A stretch of DNA of 64,000 nucleotides from Eubacteriales bacterium (GCA_045661245.1 JAZRFH010000015.1:1833-65832); one strand, 5' to 3'; counted from the stretch's first letter, positions 18,059-28,222 are shown. Notes: generated by a model not told the origin, from the letters alone. Program-made: numbers and translations.

Positions 18059-19465
18059 ATGGAGAAATTAAGCGGTATTTATACCTGTGATGTTCTTGAA
18101 ATTTCAACACGGCTCGGTGTTTCGCGCAATTTTGATATTATTGAGAAGAAATTGCGTGTTGAGGGCAGAGAAATTACCTTCTTTTACGTAGACGGCTTTG
18201 TCAAGGACGGAGTAATGCAAAGAATTATGCAGTTTCTTATGAGCGAGAAAAAGGTAGAAAACGCCAAAACACTTCTTGCCCGTCTGCCGTACGTAGAGGT
18301 CGACATTACGGAGTCGGTGGAAGCATGCGTTTCTGCAGTGCTTTCAGGCCAATGTCTTATGCTTGCAACCGACTTTAAGCGAGAGGCTCTGCTTATAGAT
18401 GCAAGAACGTATCCCGCAAGAACAACCGGAGAGCCGGATACTGATAGAGTAATGCAGGGTGCGCGCGATGGCTTCGTTGAAACGCTTGTAATGAATACTG
18501 CCTTGATAAGGCGAAGGATACGTGACACCAGGCTTACGATGAAGCACTACTCGGTCGGCACGTCCTCAAAAGCAGACGTAGTCGTTTGCTATATGGACGG
18601 TGTTGCGGACGAAAAGTTACTTTCTGAGCTTGATAAAAAACTAAAAGAAATAAAGCCGAAGACACTTACGCTCGGCTACAGAAGTCTTGAGGAAAGTCTT
18701 TTGCGGCGCGGGTGGCTCAATCCCTTTCCAAAGGTGCGTACAACAGAGCGACCTGATACGGCCTCAGCACAGGTTCTTGAGGGCAATATACTTGTAATTT
18801 GCGACACGACCCCCCAGGTTATGATACTGCCAACCTCAATTTTTGATTATCTCAGCCAGGCTGACGACTATTATTTTCCACCTATCACGGGTAGTTATCT
18901 GAGAGTAATAAGAGTTGCCATACTTTTGCTTTCAATGATTGCAACACCTCTTTGGTATCTGTATCTTGAATATGCTGACGTCTTGCCTGATGCACTTCGG
19001 TTTATGGTTCCCGACGACCCCGGCGCCTTGCCGATAATTTTACAGCTCGTACTCGTTGAAATAGCAATAGACGGCTTGAAGATTGCGTCAATGAATACAC
19101 CCGATATGCTGTCCAATTCATTGTCGATTGTAGGTGCGCTGATACTCGGTGATTTTGCAGTAGCCGTCGGCTGGCTTTGCCCGGACGTAATACTTTATAT
19201 GGCGTTTGTAGCAATAGCTACCTTTGCACAGCAGAATGCAGAGCTTAGCTATGCTATAAAATTTGTAAGAATTGTAACTCTTATAGCAGTATATTTTCTC
19301 GGTATATGGGGTCTGATAGCGGGTGCCGGGTTGTTTATATTCTTGCTTGTCACAAATAAGGGCATAGTGGGCACTCGGTGCTATCTCTATCCTTTAATTC
19401 CGTTTAGGGCAAAAGCTCTCGGTAAGCTATTGTTCAGAACGAAGAAAGAGGATTTTAATCATTGA
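18059..19465 (+). CDS. GerA-family spore germination protein A subunit / SpoVAF-like
   Basis: GerA-family core (RRGWLNPFPKVRTTERPDTASAQVLEGNILVICDTTPQVMILPTSIFDY) plus C-terminal TM bundle. ATG 18059 preferred over the TTG at 18047. No B/C subunit genes are adjacent. Confidence 0.8.
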   Translation: MEKLSGIYTCDVLEISTRLGVSRNFDIIEKKLRVEGREITFFYVDGFVKDGVMQRIMQFLMSEKKVENAKTLLARLPYVEVDITESVEACVSAVLSGQCLMLATDFKREALLIDARTYPARTTGEPDTDRVMQGARDGFVETLVMNTALIRRRIRDTRLTMKHYSVGTSSKADVVVCYMDGVADEKLLSELDKKLKEIKPKTLTLGYRSLEESLLRRGWLNPFPKVRTTERPDTASAQVLEGNILVICDTTPQVMILPTSIFDYLSQADDYYFPPITGSYLRVIRVAILLLSMIATPLWYLYLEYADVLPDALRFMVPDDPGALPIILQLVLVEIAIDGLKIASMNTPDMLSNSLSIVGALILGDFAVAVGWLCPDVILYMAFVAIATFAQQNAELSYAIKFVRIVTLIAVYFLGIWGLIAGAGLFIFLLVTNKGIVGTRCYLYPLIPFRAKALGKLLFRTKKEDFNH

Positions 19466-19470
19466 AGAAA

Positions 19471-19494
19471 GGAGCAGATAAAATCTGCTCCTTT
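19471..19494. terminator. Hairpin terminator between convergent genes
   Basis: GGAGCAGAT (19471-19479) pairs with ATCTGCTCC (19483-19491), loop AAA, short T-run. Confidence 0.55.
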
Positions 19495-19505
19495 AAAGTT
19501 TTATA

Positions 19506-20540
19506 TCAAAACAAAAGCTCGGATATTGCTACAAGCAAAGGCATTGTTGCTATGGAAAGAATAGTTGATATTACAACAAGTCGGCCGGCATACGTAACGT
19601 CGCAATCGTATTTCTCGGCAAACATAGCGGAACTTGATGCGGCGGGTGTTGCGGCCAGTAGGGTTATTACTACGCGTGTTACGTAGCTGATTTCAATACC
19701 GCAAAGCGACAGCAAAAACATGAATAATACGATAATAAGTGGTAGCGCTAAATGACGCATAAATAAGAAAAGGTACATATACGTGTCACGAAAAGCGCCC
19801 TTCAGCTTAATTTCCGGTAGCCTTAAGCCTATAACCACCATTGATAGCGGAGCAACTAATCCCTGAAGCTTTTCAAGCGAGGGTACGATAATATCAAATT
19901 TTGTGTCGGATAGTAAAGAAATATTTACATTACAAACAAGGCATATTACGCCTATTGCCGATGCAATTGTCACTGGGTGCAATATGAGCTTGAGCATTGA
20001 AACCTCTTTTCTCATATTTACTTTTGCCGATATAAGCTCGTCCTTAATGTCGCAGTCACCGTCAAGGTCTTTGCAGTCAGCCTTGGTGCAAATATGAACA
20101 CCTAGAGTCCATAAAAACAGATTGAATGAAATGTTGTATATTGACGCGTAAATTGCTGCCTCAGCTCCGAGTATGTCGTTGATTAGCGGTATTCCCATAA
20201 ACGCGGCGTTTGAAAAGATAGTTACCAGCCTTAATATTTTTTGCCTTGAGTTTTCTACGCGCCTAAACATAACGAGAGATATTGCGGAGAAAACCAGGTG
20301 AGCTATAAATGAGAGTATCAGTGTCATTAAGCAGTTAAACCAAATATCGGCAAATTTACTCTCGCATGATAGATATGCGTAAACAATCAGTGCGGGCTGA
20401 GCGATGTAGAGCACGAGGTTTGATACGCCCTTGCCAAAGCCGTCGCTTACAAACTTGCATTTTTTTAAAATCACACCGGGTACCATCATAATGAACAGCA
20501 CAAGTACGTTTACTATTAAAATTACTATGTCCAATTTCAA
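19506..20540 (-). CDS. AEC-family transporter (auxin efflux carrier / malate permease type)
   Basis: 344 aa, ~10 TM. Two-repeat architecture with a central hydrophilic loop. TTG start. An in-frame TTG at 20534 has better spacing to GAGGAG and may be the true start. Confidence 0.7.
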   Translation of the reverse strand: MKLDIVILIVNVLVLFIMMVPGVILKKCKFVSDGFGKGVSNLVLYIAQPALIVYAYLSCESKFADIWFNCLMTLILSFIAHLVFSAISLVMFRRVENSRQKILRLVTIFSNAAFMGIPLINDILGAEAAIYASIYNISFNLFLWTLGVHICTKADCKDLDGDCDIKDELISAKVNMRKEVSMLKLILHPVTIASAIGVICLVCNVNISLLSDTKFDIIVPSLEKLQGLVAPLSMVVIGLRLPEIKLKGAFRDTYMYLFLFMRHLALPLIIVLFMFLLSLCGIEISYVTRVVITLLAATPAASSSAMFAEKYDCDVTYAGRLVVISTILSIATMPLLVAISELLF

Positions 20541-20644
20541 ACTCCTCTTCTTTCAACTCGCTTATTCTATCACTAATGCGCTTTTTTGTCAAGCGGTATA
20601 AGATAAAACGGGACTTATTTGTATATAAAAGTTACGGTATTTAA

Positions 20645-20673
20645 TTGACTTTTAAATACTAATATTATATAAT
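20645..20673 (+). promoter_or_regulatory. Sigma-A promoter for the dipeptidase operon
   Basis: TTGACT (20645-20650), 17-nt spacer, TATAAT (20668-20673). Confidence 0.7.
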
Positions 20674-20700
20674 GTAAAAAGAGCATACAAAGGAGCTTAT

Positions 20701-21609
20701 ATGTTTGTAGTTGATATGCACTGCGACAGCCTTTTGAGAGTCAGTAGCGGTCGCGGTCTTGTAAATGAATATAACGTGTCGAAAAAGCACGCGTACCTTC
20801 AGTTTTTTGCGGCATTTGTGCCTGCTCGCGCAGGCTCAGCAGAGGAGTCAAGACATATATTGATGCGTTTGGCTGATGCATATATCTCGGAGATACGTAG
20901 ACTTAACCTAGTTTCCGTGCAGTCCCCCTTTGACATTTGCCGTGCAGTTGAATGCGGCTTACCGTCGGCACTGTTTTCGATAGAGGGCGGTGCGGGTCTT
21001 TATGCCGATAGTGAAGAATTGAAAACGCTTCGCAAAATGGGTCTGTCGGTTATGGGTCTTACGTGGGACAGTAATCATTTGGCATCTTCCGCATGGGATA
21101 AAATTGACACGGGTCTTACGGAAGAGGGTAAAAAAATGGTAGAACGACTCTCTGAGTACGGTATTATAGTTGACACCTCGCATATGTCGGATAAAGCGTT
21201 TTACGACACTCTTGAATGTACGTCGTACCCGGTTATCGCAACACATTCCAATTTCAGAGACGTGTGCAATTCTCCGAGAAATCTGACGCTGGATATGGCT
21301 AGGCAAATCAAATCCCGTGGCGGAATAATAGGACTTAATATTTATCCGCCGTTTCTTTCGGATAGCGGTAAGGCTGACGAGAGTGATATTTTGCGCCACG
21401 TTGATTATGCACTGACAAACCTTGGTGAAGATACACTTGCATTCGGCTTTGATATAGACGGTACAGACGGAGAGTATCCCGCAGGTTACGGCGAGTACGA
21501 GAGTATGCACGATAAGGTGTTTCTGCTTCTTTGCCGTGAATACGGCGATGCGGTTGCTGAAAAAATTGCGGGGCTCAATGCCATAAGGTTTTTAAAGGAA
21601 AATTTGTGA
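20701..21609 (+). CDS. Membrane dipeptidase (peptidase family M19)
   Basis: VVDMHCDSL, GLTWDSNH, DTSHMSDKAFYD, ATHSNFR: the M19 metal-ligand pattern. AAAGGAG RBS. Confidence 0.85.
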   Translation: MFVVDMHCDSLLRVSSGRGLVNEYNVSKKHAYLQFFAAFVPARAGSAEESRHILMRLADAYISEIRRLNLVSVQSPFDICRAVECGLPSALFSIEGGAGLYADSEELKTLRKMGLSVMGLTWDSNHLASSAWDKIDTGLTEEGKKMVERLSEYGIIVDTSHMSDKAFYDTLECTSYPVIATHSNFRDVCNSPRNLTLDMARQIKSRGGIIGLNIYPPFLSDSGKADESDILRHVDYALTNLGEDTLAFGFDIDGTDGEYPAGYGEYESMHDKVFLLLCREYGDAVAEKIAGLNAIRFLKENL

Positions 21610-21610
21610 T

Positions 21611-22159
21611 ATGAGTGATATGGACGCCCTGTTTTTCTGTGAGCATTCATATTCGCGTAGGGTTGAGGGAAAAAGAATTTTGGCGCGCATATGTATGATT
21701 GTTGCGTACATTCTTTTTGCAGCAGCGTTTTTTGCGGCGGTCTATTACAGCCGTCTGATACCGCTTTTTGCACTGTGCCCGCTTGTGCTTTGGATAATCG
21801 TTTACTTTACCTGGCCTCTTATAAGCTACGATTTTTATTTTGAATTTCGCTCGGGAACCCTAACATTGGGTAAAGAGGGACGGAAAAGGCACCGGATAAA
21901 GCGAACGCCAAGGCTTGTTTTTCAAGTTAAATATGCAGAGCAAATCAGCCCGGTGCCCGTGGGGCGTGTTAAATTATCTAAGGGTTTGCGATGCTACGAT
22001 TTTTCGGGCACGGTTAAATCCGAGAGGCGTATAGCTATAGTATTTGAGCAAAACGGTGAAAAATGCGTGTGTATTCTTGAATGCACGGCCGCTCTGGCTA
22101 AAATGCTGCGCTCATATTCGCGCTGCGGTGCGGAGCTTGGAGAATTTATAAAATTTTAA
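21611..22159 (+). CDS. Hypothetical membrane protein
   Basis: 182 aa. Two predicted TM helices then a basic soluble domain. The start abuts the dipeptidase stop (TGATATG). Confidence 0.5.
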   Translation: MSDMDALFFCEHSYSRRVEGKRILARICMIVAYILFAAAFFAAVYYSRLIPLFALCPLVLWIIVYFTWPLISYDFYFEFRSGTLTLGKEGRKRHRIKRTPRLVFQVKYAEQISPVPVGRVKLSKGLRCYDFSGTVKSERRIAIVFEQNGEKCVCILECTAALAKMLRSYSRCGAELGEFIKF

Positions 22160-22193
22160 TGACAACTTTAATTTACATAAAAGGAGAGAAACA

Positions 22194-22652
22194 ATGAACG
22201 AAAAGTACTTACCTATTAAGTCAATTTCCGAGGGCGTGTATGAGCTTGCATTGCTTGCAGCGGAGAATAAGCTTGAGCTTGGCACCTACAAGTTTGAGAA
22301 TGACGTTACGGTGAACGTATTCTATACCGACACTCAACCTCCCGAGAAAATAGGATATGAGGCGCATAGAAAGATGCTCGATATTCATATGTGCATAGAG
22401 GGTCAGGAGGGCATCGGTATTTGCTCGCTTGAAACTATGCGTGCCGGAGAGAAGGTATTTGATTATGACGAGTCTAAGGATGCAGAGCTCTATAAGCACA
22501 ACCCGAACGGAACTCTTCACGTGCTTAATCCCGGTGATTTCTTTATTTGCTTGCCCGAGCACGCGCATAAGCCCGGTGCAACACCTCCCGGTGCTGACAG
22601 CAGAATTAAGAAGATGCTTGTAAAGGCACCCGCAGAGCTTGGCAAAAGATAA
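22194..22652 (+). CDS. YhcH/YjgK/YiaL-family (DUF386) protein
   Basis: 152 aa. EAHRKMLDIHMCIEGQEGI and PEHAHKPG match the family's cupin-like His pattern. Confidence 0.75.
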   Translation: MNEKYLPIKSISEGVYELALLAAENKLELGTYKFENDVTVNVFYTDTQPPEKIGYEAHRKMLDIHMCIEGQEGIGICSLETMRAGEKVFDYDESKDAELYKHNPNGTLHVLNPGDFFICLPEHAHKPGATPPGADSRIKKMLVKAPAELGKR

Positions 22653-22672
22653 AAAGATAAAATGTTGTTTTT

Positions 22673-22699
22673 GGGAGCTGAATTATCAGCTCCCTTTTT
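22673..22699 (+). terminator. Intrinsic terminator
   Basis: GGGAGCTGA (22673-22681) pairs with TCAGCTCCC (22686-22694), followed by TTTTTC. Confidence 0.85.
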
Positions 22700-22751
22700 C
22701 TTCAAAATAAGGGCAAGTTGAACTAGTTTATCGCGCGCGCTTTGTATTAAG

Positions 22752-22796
22752 TTAACAAATATGGTTTTAACAAATATTTCTTTAACAAAAGGTGTT
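22752..22796 (+). repeat. Three direct TTAACAAA(T/A) repeats with exact 15-bp period
   Basis: TTAACAAATATGGTT / TTAACAAATATTTCT / TTAACAAAAGGTGTT at 22752, 22767 and 22782. About 100-140 bp upstream of the RDD gene. Confidence 0.8.
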
Positions 22797-22894
22797 GCTT
22801 TTTGTAGATTTTTATGATATCATATTTACGGTTACGTATTTATATATGCGCGGGCATAGCTCGCACTAATTTTGTCTGACAGAAAGGAAAAAGT

Positions 22895-23674
22895 ATGTAC
22901 GATATTCAAAAAGCAAGTGTGCTCAAACGTTTATCAGCCTTTTTGTTTGACTTTATTTTTATCGCTATAATTTCTGTCGGTATTGCCTTTGCGATTTCGG
23001 GAATAACAAATTTCTACGGAACGCTGGACAGTTATCAGGCACATATAGATAATTATGCAGAAGAACATGGAATCAAGCTCGATATAACGGAAGAGGAGTA
23101 TAATGCTCTTTCAGAGGACGAGCGCAAGCTTTATGACGGTATGGGTATGGAGCTCTTTAACAACGAGGACTTTGTGCGCGACTATGAGCTCATTATAAGC
23201 TTGACGCTGGTTATGGTTACTCTCTCGCCGTTCGTTGCATTTTTAATGCTCGAGTTCTTGGTTCCTCTTTTTTTGAAGAACGGACAAACTCTAGGTAAGA
23301 AGATATTCGCTATAGGCGTTGTCAGAATGGACTCTGTGCGTCTTACACCCTTGGTTCTGTTTGCCAGAAATATACTCGGTAAATTCACTATCGGCACTAT
23401 GATACCGCTTTATATGGCGGTGTTCATTTTCATGCAAGCAATATTCGGCATAAGCTTTATGTCACCGCTTGTTTGTATTGTGGTTTTTGCCGGAATTGTG
23501 CTTCTAAACGTAGGATTGTTTATTCTTACACGTACACGCTCGTGCATTCACGACTGCTTTTCAAGCACTGTTGTAGTGGATATGGCTACGCAAATGGTGT
23601 TTGAGTCGGCAGAGGAAAGGCTTGAATATAAAAAGCGTATACATCTTGAGGCCGCAGAGAAGGCCAAATATTAA
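22895..23674 (+). CDS. RDD-family membrane protein
   Basis: 259 aa. N-terminal KRLSAFLFDFIFIAI helix, later TM helices, and a GQTLGKKIF segment typical of the RDD domain. Confidence 0.65.
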   Translation: MYDIQKASVLKRLSAFLFDFIFIAIISVGIAFAISGITNFYGTLDSYQAHIDNYAEEHGIKLDITEEEYNALSEDERKLYDGMGMELFNNEDFVRDYELIISLTLVMVTLSPFVAFLMLEFLVPLFLKNGQTLGKKIFAIGVVRMDSVRLTPLVLFARNILGKFTIGTMIPLYMAVFIFMQAIFGISFMSPLVCIVVFAGIVLLNVGLFILTRTRSCIHDCFSSTVVVDMATQMVFESAEERLEYKKRIHLEAAEKAKY

Positions 23675-23724
23675 ATCTGTAAGCAAAAAAATGAAATATA
23701 TGCACTTTTAGGAGGATATGTTCT

Positions 23725-24912
23725 ATGAAAGTCGAACTGCAAAATCTGACAAAAATATTCCCCAGCCGTAACAAAAAATCCGGTGAAGAGGTGGTAGCGG
23801 TAAATAACTTTACCTTTACTATTCCCGACGGTAAGCTTGTTGGTCTTCTCGGCCCGTCAGGCTGTGGAAAGAGTACGACCCTTTATATGATAAGCGGTCT
23901 GCAAAAGCCCTCTTCGGGTAAAATCTTCTTTGGTGACGAGGACGTTACAGAGCTTTCACCTGAGAACAGAGGTATAGGCCTTGTGTTCCAGAACTACGCG
24001 CTTTATCCCCATATGACTGTAAAGCAGAATATTCTGTTCCCTCTCCAGAATCTTAAGGGCGCTGACAAAATGACAAAGCCCGAAATGATTGAGAGAGCAT
24101 ACCAGGCGGCAAAGCTTGTGCAGATTGACGAGCTTATGGACAGAAAGCCGAGTGAGCTTTCGGGCGGTCAGCAGCAGAGAGTTGCCATCGCGCGTGCGCT
24201 TGTGAAGATGCCCCGCGTTCTTCTCCTTGACGAGCCGCTCTCAAACCTTGATGCAAGACTCCGTCTTCAGACCCGTGAGGAAATCAGAAGAATTCAGAAG
24301 GAAACCGGCATTACCACCGTATTCGTAACACACGACCAGGAAGAGGCTATGTCCATCTCCGACGTTATCGTTGTTATGAAGCTTGGCGTTGTTCAGCAGA
24401 TTGGCAAGCCCCAGCACATCTACGACGACCCTGCAAACCTCTTTGTTGCTAAGTTCCTTGGCACACCGCCCATCAACGTATTCGCAGGCGAGGTTCGCGG
24501 CGGTAAGCTCTATATTGGTGAGGACGAGGTTCTTAAGGTTGATATTGAGGACCGCCCCGTTTACGTAGGTATCCGTCCCGAGGGCTTTATTCCCGTGTCG
24601 GCAAGAAAGAAGATTGCGCTTAACGTTGATATTTCAAACGTTGAGGTTATGGGCCGTGACGTAAGCATAGTTTCCTCTCACCCCGCAATGCTCTCACCCT
24701 CTATCCGCTCTATTGTAGATGCTGATTATAAAATTGACAGAGATGCAGGCTCAATTAAATTTGCCCTTAAGCCCCATAAGGTATTCCTCTTTGATTATGA
24801 AACCGAAGAGAGAATTTACTTTGGCGACCAGCATCCGCTTGAAGCTCCCGAGCTTGTAGAGGAGCCTGTATACGCTGAGGCTATGGAAGAAAACTCTGTT
24901 GAGGAGAACTGA
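23725..24912 (+). CDS. ABC transporter ATP-binding protein (MalK/UgpC/MsmX type)
   Basis: Walker A GPSGCGKST, signature LSGGQQQRVAIARAL, Walker B LLLDEPLSNLD, C-terminal TOBE-like regulatory domain. AGGAGG RBS. Confidence 0.92.
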   Translation: MKVELQNLTKIFPSRNKKSGEEVVAVNNFTFTIPDGKLVGLLGPSGCGKSTTLYMISGLQKPSSGKIFFGDEDVTELSPENRGIGLVFQNYALYPHMTVKQNILFPLQNLKGADKMTKPEMIERAYQAAKLVQIDELMDRKPSELSGGQQQRVAIARALVKMPRVLLLDEPLSNLDARLRLQTREEIRRIQKETGITTVFVTHDQEEAMSISDVIVVMKLGVVQQIGKPQHIYDDPANLFVAKFLGTPPINVFAGEVRGGKLYIGEDEVLKVDIEDRPVYVGIRPEGFIPVSARKKIALNVDISNVEVMGRDVSIVSSHPAMLSPSIRSIVDADYKIDRDAGSIKFALKPHKVFLFDYETEERIYFGDQHPLEAPELVEEPVYAEAMEENSVEEN

Positions 24913-24914
24913 AA

Positions 24915-25850
24915 ATGGTAGAAAGTAAGCAACAGTGGAAGGCTTGGGTGTACCTGGCGCCGGCGATTGCACTGCTGGGAATATTCACCCTGTGGCCTAT
25001 CTTTAATACAATCAGAATAGCGTTCCTCGAGGGTTACAATATAAGCGACCCCGCAGGCACGGTATACAACGTCAACTTTGGTAACTTCCTGTACGTTCTT
25101 AATTACAAGGGATTTATCAACGCCTTGACAAACACGCTTGTACTTTGCGTTATAACGGTGCCGATTTCTACGTTTTTGGCTCTTGTTATAGCGGTTTGCC
25201 TTAACTCTATAAAGGCCTTGCAGAGAATTTATCAGACGATATTCTTCTTGCCTTACGTTACGAACTCCATAGCTATCGGTATGGTATTTATGGCAATGTT
25301 CAATATGATTATAGGCGGCAGTGCCCGCCCCGACTCTGTCGGTATAATCAATAACGTTCTTGAGTTCTTTGGCTTTGATTACATAAACTGGGTAAACGTT
25401 GGCTCTGAAAAATGGGCTAATATGGCAGTTCTCGTTGTGTACATAGTATGGAACGCCCTGCCGTTTAAAATACTAATATTACTCGGCGGCTTACAGAGTG
25501 TAAATAAGCAGTATTACGAGGCGGCAAAGGTTGACGCCACACCCCGTCTTCGCGTATTTACACGTATCACCGTTCCGCTCCTCTCCCCGATGCTCGCGTA
25601 CGTTATTATCACGAGCTTTATCGGCGGATTTAAGGAGTACTCAAGTATTATCGGTATCTTCGGCGAGCAAATGGGCCCTCCCGGTGCTATGACCGATTAT
25701 CCGCTTGATACAATGGTCGGATACGTTTACCGTATGATAGAGGGCGGTAACTACGGTGACGCGAGTGCCGCGGCTCTTATACTCTTTGCAATTATCTTTG
25801 CTGTAACTATGGTTAACCTGTACGTCAGCAAGAAGAAAACACACTATTAA
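24915..25850 (+). CDS. ABC transporter permease (CUT1 family, MalF/UgpA-like)
   Basis: 311 aa, 6 TM, EAA loop (YEAAKVDATPRLRVFTRITVPLL). Confidence 0.9.
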   Translation: MVESKQQWKAWVYLAPAIALLGIFTLWPIFNTIRIAFLEGYNISDPAGTVYNVNFGNFLYVLNYKGFINALTNTLVLCVITVPISTFLALVIAVCLNSIKALQRIYQTIFFLPYVTNSIAIGMVFMAMFNMIIGGSARPDSVGIINNVLEFFGFDYINWVNVGSEKWANMAVLVVYIVWNALPFKILILLGGLQSVNKQYYEAAKVDATPRLRVFTRITVPLLSPMLAYVIITSFIGGFKEYSSIIGIFGEQMGPPGAMTDYPLDTMVGYVYRMIEGGNYGDASAAALILFAIIFAVTMVNLYVSKKKTHY

Positions 25851-25862
25851 AGGAGGTAGACG

Positions 25863-26756
25863 ATGGCTGATATCAAGATTATGACCGAAGAAGATATGAA
25901 AAAGGTCGCCACAAGACAGAAAATTGTAAAAATCATCGTCCAGGTTCTCCTTTATACCTTCCTTTCCGTTATGGCGATTGCCGTGCTTTTCCCCTTCTAC
26001 TGGATGATTATATCCTCTCTTAAGGATATGGCAGAGTACCGCCGCGCTATCCCCACCCTCTTCCCCGAGGTTGTAAAGTGGAGCAACTATATCAAGGTGT
26101 TCCAGAATGAGGACCTGCAGCTTGCACGTCTTTTCGGTAACACCGTTTACGTAGGTATCGTTTCTACGATACTCTCGCTCGTTATCACCGTTATCTCCGC
26201 CTTCGCTTTTGCAAGGCTTGAGTTTAAGGGCAAGAACGCGCTCTTTGCGCTCCTGCTCGCAACGATGATGATACCCGGTGAGCTTTTCACCATCACCAAT
26301 TTCCAGACTATTTCCGCATTCGGATGGAAAAATACGTATACGGTACTTATAGTCCCGTTCCTAGTCAGCGTATTTTACATCTACCTATTGAAACAAAACT
26401 TTATGCAAATACCAAACGAGCTATACCTCGCCGCAAAGGTTGACGGTACCTCGGATATCAAGTATTTGTGGAAGGTTATGATACCCCTGGCACTCCCCAC
26501 CATTATCTCCATCACAATTCTTAAAATGATGGGTGCGTGGAACTCTTATATGTGGCCTAAGCTCGTTGCAAACGACGAGGCGCACAGACTGATTACAAAC
26601 GGTCTTAGAGAGGCGTTCACCACTGAGGCGGGTCAGACCGATATACCCGTACAGATGGCGGCGGTTGCACTCGTATCACTGCCCTTATTCCTTGTATTCG
26701 TATTCCTTCGTAAGTATATTATGAAGGGCGTATCCCGTTCGGGCATCAAGGGTTAA
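25863..26756 (+). CDS. ABC transporter permease (CUT1 family, MalG/UgpE-like)
   Basis: 297 aa, 6 TM, EAA loop (YLAAKVDGTSDIKYLWKVMIPLA). AGGAGG RBS. Confidence 0.9.
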   Translation: MADIKIMTEEDMKKVATRQKIVKIIVQVLLYTFLSVMAIAVLFPFYWMIISSLKDMAEYRRAIPTLFPEVVKWSNYIKVFQNEDLQLARLFGNTVYVGIVSTILSLVITVISAFAFARLEFKGKNALFALLLATMMIPGELFTITNFQTISAFGWKNTYTVLIVPFLVSVFYIYLLKQNFMQIPNELYLAAKVDGTSDIKYLWKVMIPLALPTIISITILKMMGAWNSYMWPKLVANDEAHRLITNGLREAFTTEAGQTDIPVQMAAVALVSLPLFLVFVFLRKYIMKGVSRSGIKG

Positions 26757-26806
26757 GGCACTAAAGCGTTAGCAAAATAAAAAATATATAACGAAAGGTT
26801 TTCACA

Positions 26807-28222
26807 ATGAAAAAGCTTTTATCTCTCACACTTATCCTTGTGATTCTAGGTGTTACTTGTGTATTTTCACTTTCGGGATGCGGCCGCGGCCCTGCTGCAG
26901 ATTTCGTAATGCCCGAGGGTGGCTTTGATACCGAAACACCCGTAGAAATCACCTTCTATCACTCAATGGGTAAGGACCTGCGTGACGTTCTTGACGCATC
27001 TATCGCAGACTTTAACAAGATTTACCCCAACATCACCGTTAAGCACCAGTCCTTCGGTAACTACGACGGCGTTCTCAGCCAGGTAAAGACCGAGCTTGTA
27101 ACCGGTGACCACCCCAACCTCGCATACTGCTATGCAGACCACGTTGCAGTGTACAACGTATCAGGCGCTACTCAGACGCTTGACGTTCTTATGAATGACG
27201 AAACCTACGGTTATACCGAAGAAGAGCGTGCTAACTTTATTGAAGGCGCTCTTGACGAGGGCAGAACCTTCGGTGACGAGTACACCTACCTTATCCCGGT
27301 TGCAAAGTCCACAGAGGTTCTTTACTACAACAAAACCTTCTTTAAGGAGAACAACCTCACCGTTCCCACCACCTGGGACGAGATGGAGGCTCTTTGCCAG
27401 CAGATAAAGGCGCTCAAGCCCAACGATATCCCTCTCGGCTACGACTCCGAGGCTAACTGGTTTATCACCCTTTGCGAGCAGTACGGCTCCGAGTATACCG
27501 ATGCTTCAAAGGACAACCCCTTCACCTTCGATAATGCAACCAACAAAGAGTTCGTAGCCAAGTTCCGCAACTGGTATCAGAACCAGTGGGTTACTACCGA
27601 GGCTCTTTCGGGCGGTTACACCTCATCCCTCTTTACCGGTGAGTCTGAGTCGGGCACCCGTTGCTATATGTGTATCGGTTCTACAGGCGGTGCTACCTAT
27701 CAGCAGCCTAACCAGGTAAACGGTAAGTACGAGTTTGAGGTTGGTATCGCTCCCATTCCTCAGAAGGATGCGGCAAACCCCAAGGTTATCTCTCAGGGTC
27801 CCTCTATCTGTATCTTTAAGGATAACGACCCCCAGAAGGTTCTCGCAACCTGGCTCTTTGCCCGTTACATCACTACTGACGAGGTGTTCCAGGCGGAGTA
27901 TTCTATGTCTAACGGTTACGCTCCCGTTATTAAGTCGGTTCAGGATAACCCTGTATACGCTGACTTCCTTGCAGGCGCAGAAACTGACGGTACTGCAAAC
28001 ATTCAGGCATACGCTGTAAAGGTTGCTCTTGAGCAGTCGAACGCAATGTTTGTATCCGACGCATTCTACGGCTCCAGCGTTGCAAGAGAGCAGGTGGGTA
28101 AGCTTCTCCAGAAGGTTCTTGCATACGGTAAGCTCGACACTACCGCAGCTGACGTTGAGGCTGCCATTAAGAAGGCATTCGAGGATGCTGTAGCTGAGTG
28201 TAAATACCAGACCAGAAGATAA
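26807..28222 (+). CDS. ABC transporter substrate-binding lipoprotein (family 1 solute-binding protein)
   Basis: Signal peptide with lipobox LSGC. The ITFYHSMG .. YYNK .. pattern is typical of CUT1 SBPs. The ligand cannot be inferred from sequence. Confidence 0.85.
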   Translation: MKKLLSLTLILVILGVTCVFSLSGCGRGPAADFVMPEGGFDTETPVEITFYHSMGKDLRDVLDASIADFNKIYPNITVKHQSFGNYDGVLSQVKTELVTGDHPNLAYCYADHVAVYNVSGATQTLDVLMNDETYGYTEEERANFIEGALDEGRTFGDEYTYLIPVAKSTEVLYYNKTFFKENNLTVPTTWDEMEALCQQIKALKPNDIPLGYDSEANWFITLCEQYGSEYTDASKDNPFTFDNATNKEFVAKFRNWYQNQWVTTEALSGGYTSSLFTGESESGTRCYMCIGSTGGATYQQPNQVNGKYEFEVGIAPIPQKDAANPKVISQGPSICIFKDNDPQKVLATWLFARYITTDEVFQAEYSMSNGYAPVIKSVQDNPVYADFLAGAETDGTANIQAYAVKVALEQSNAMFVSDAFYGSSVAREQVGKLLQKVLAYGKLDTTAADVEAAIKKAFEDAVAECKYQTRR

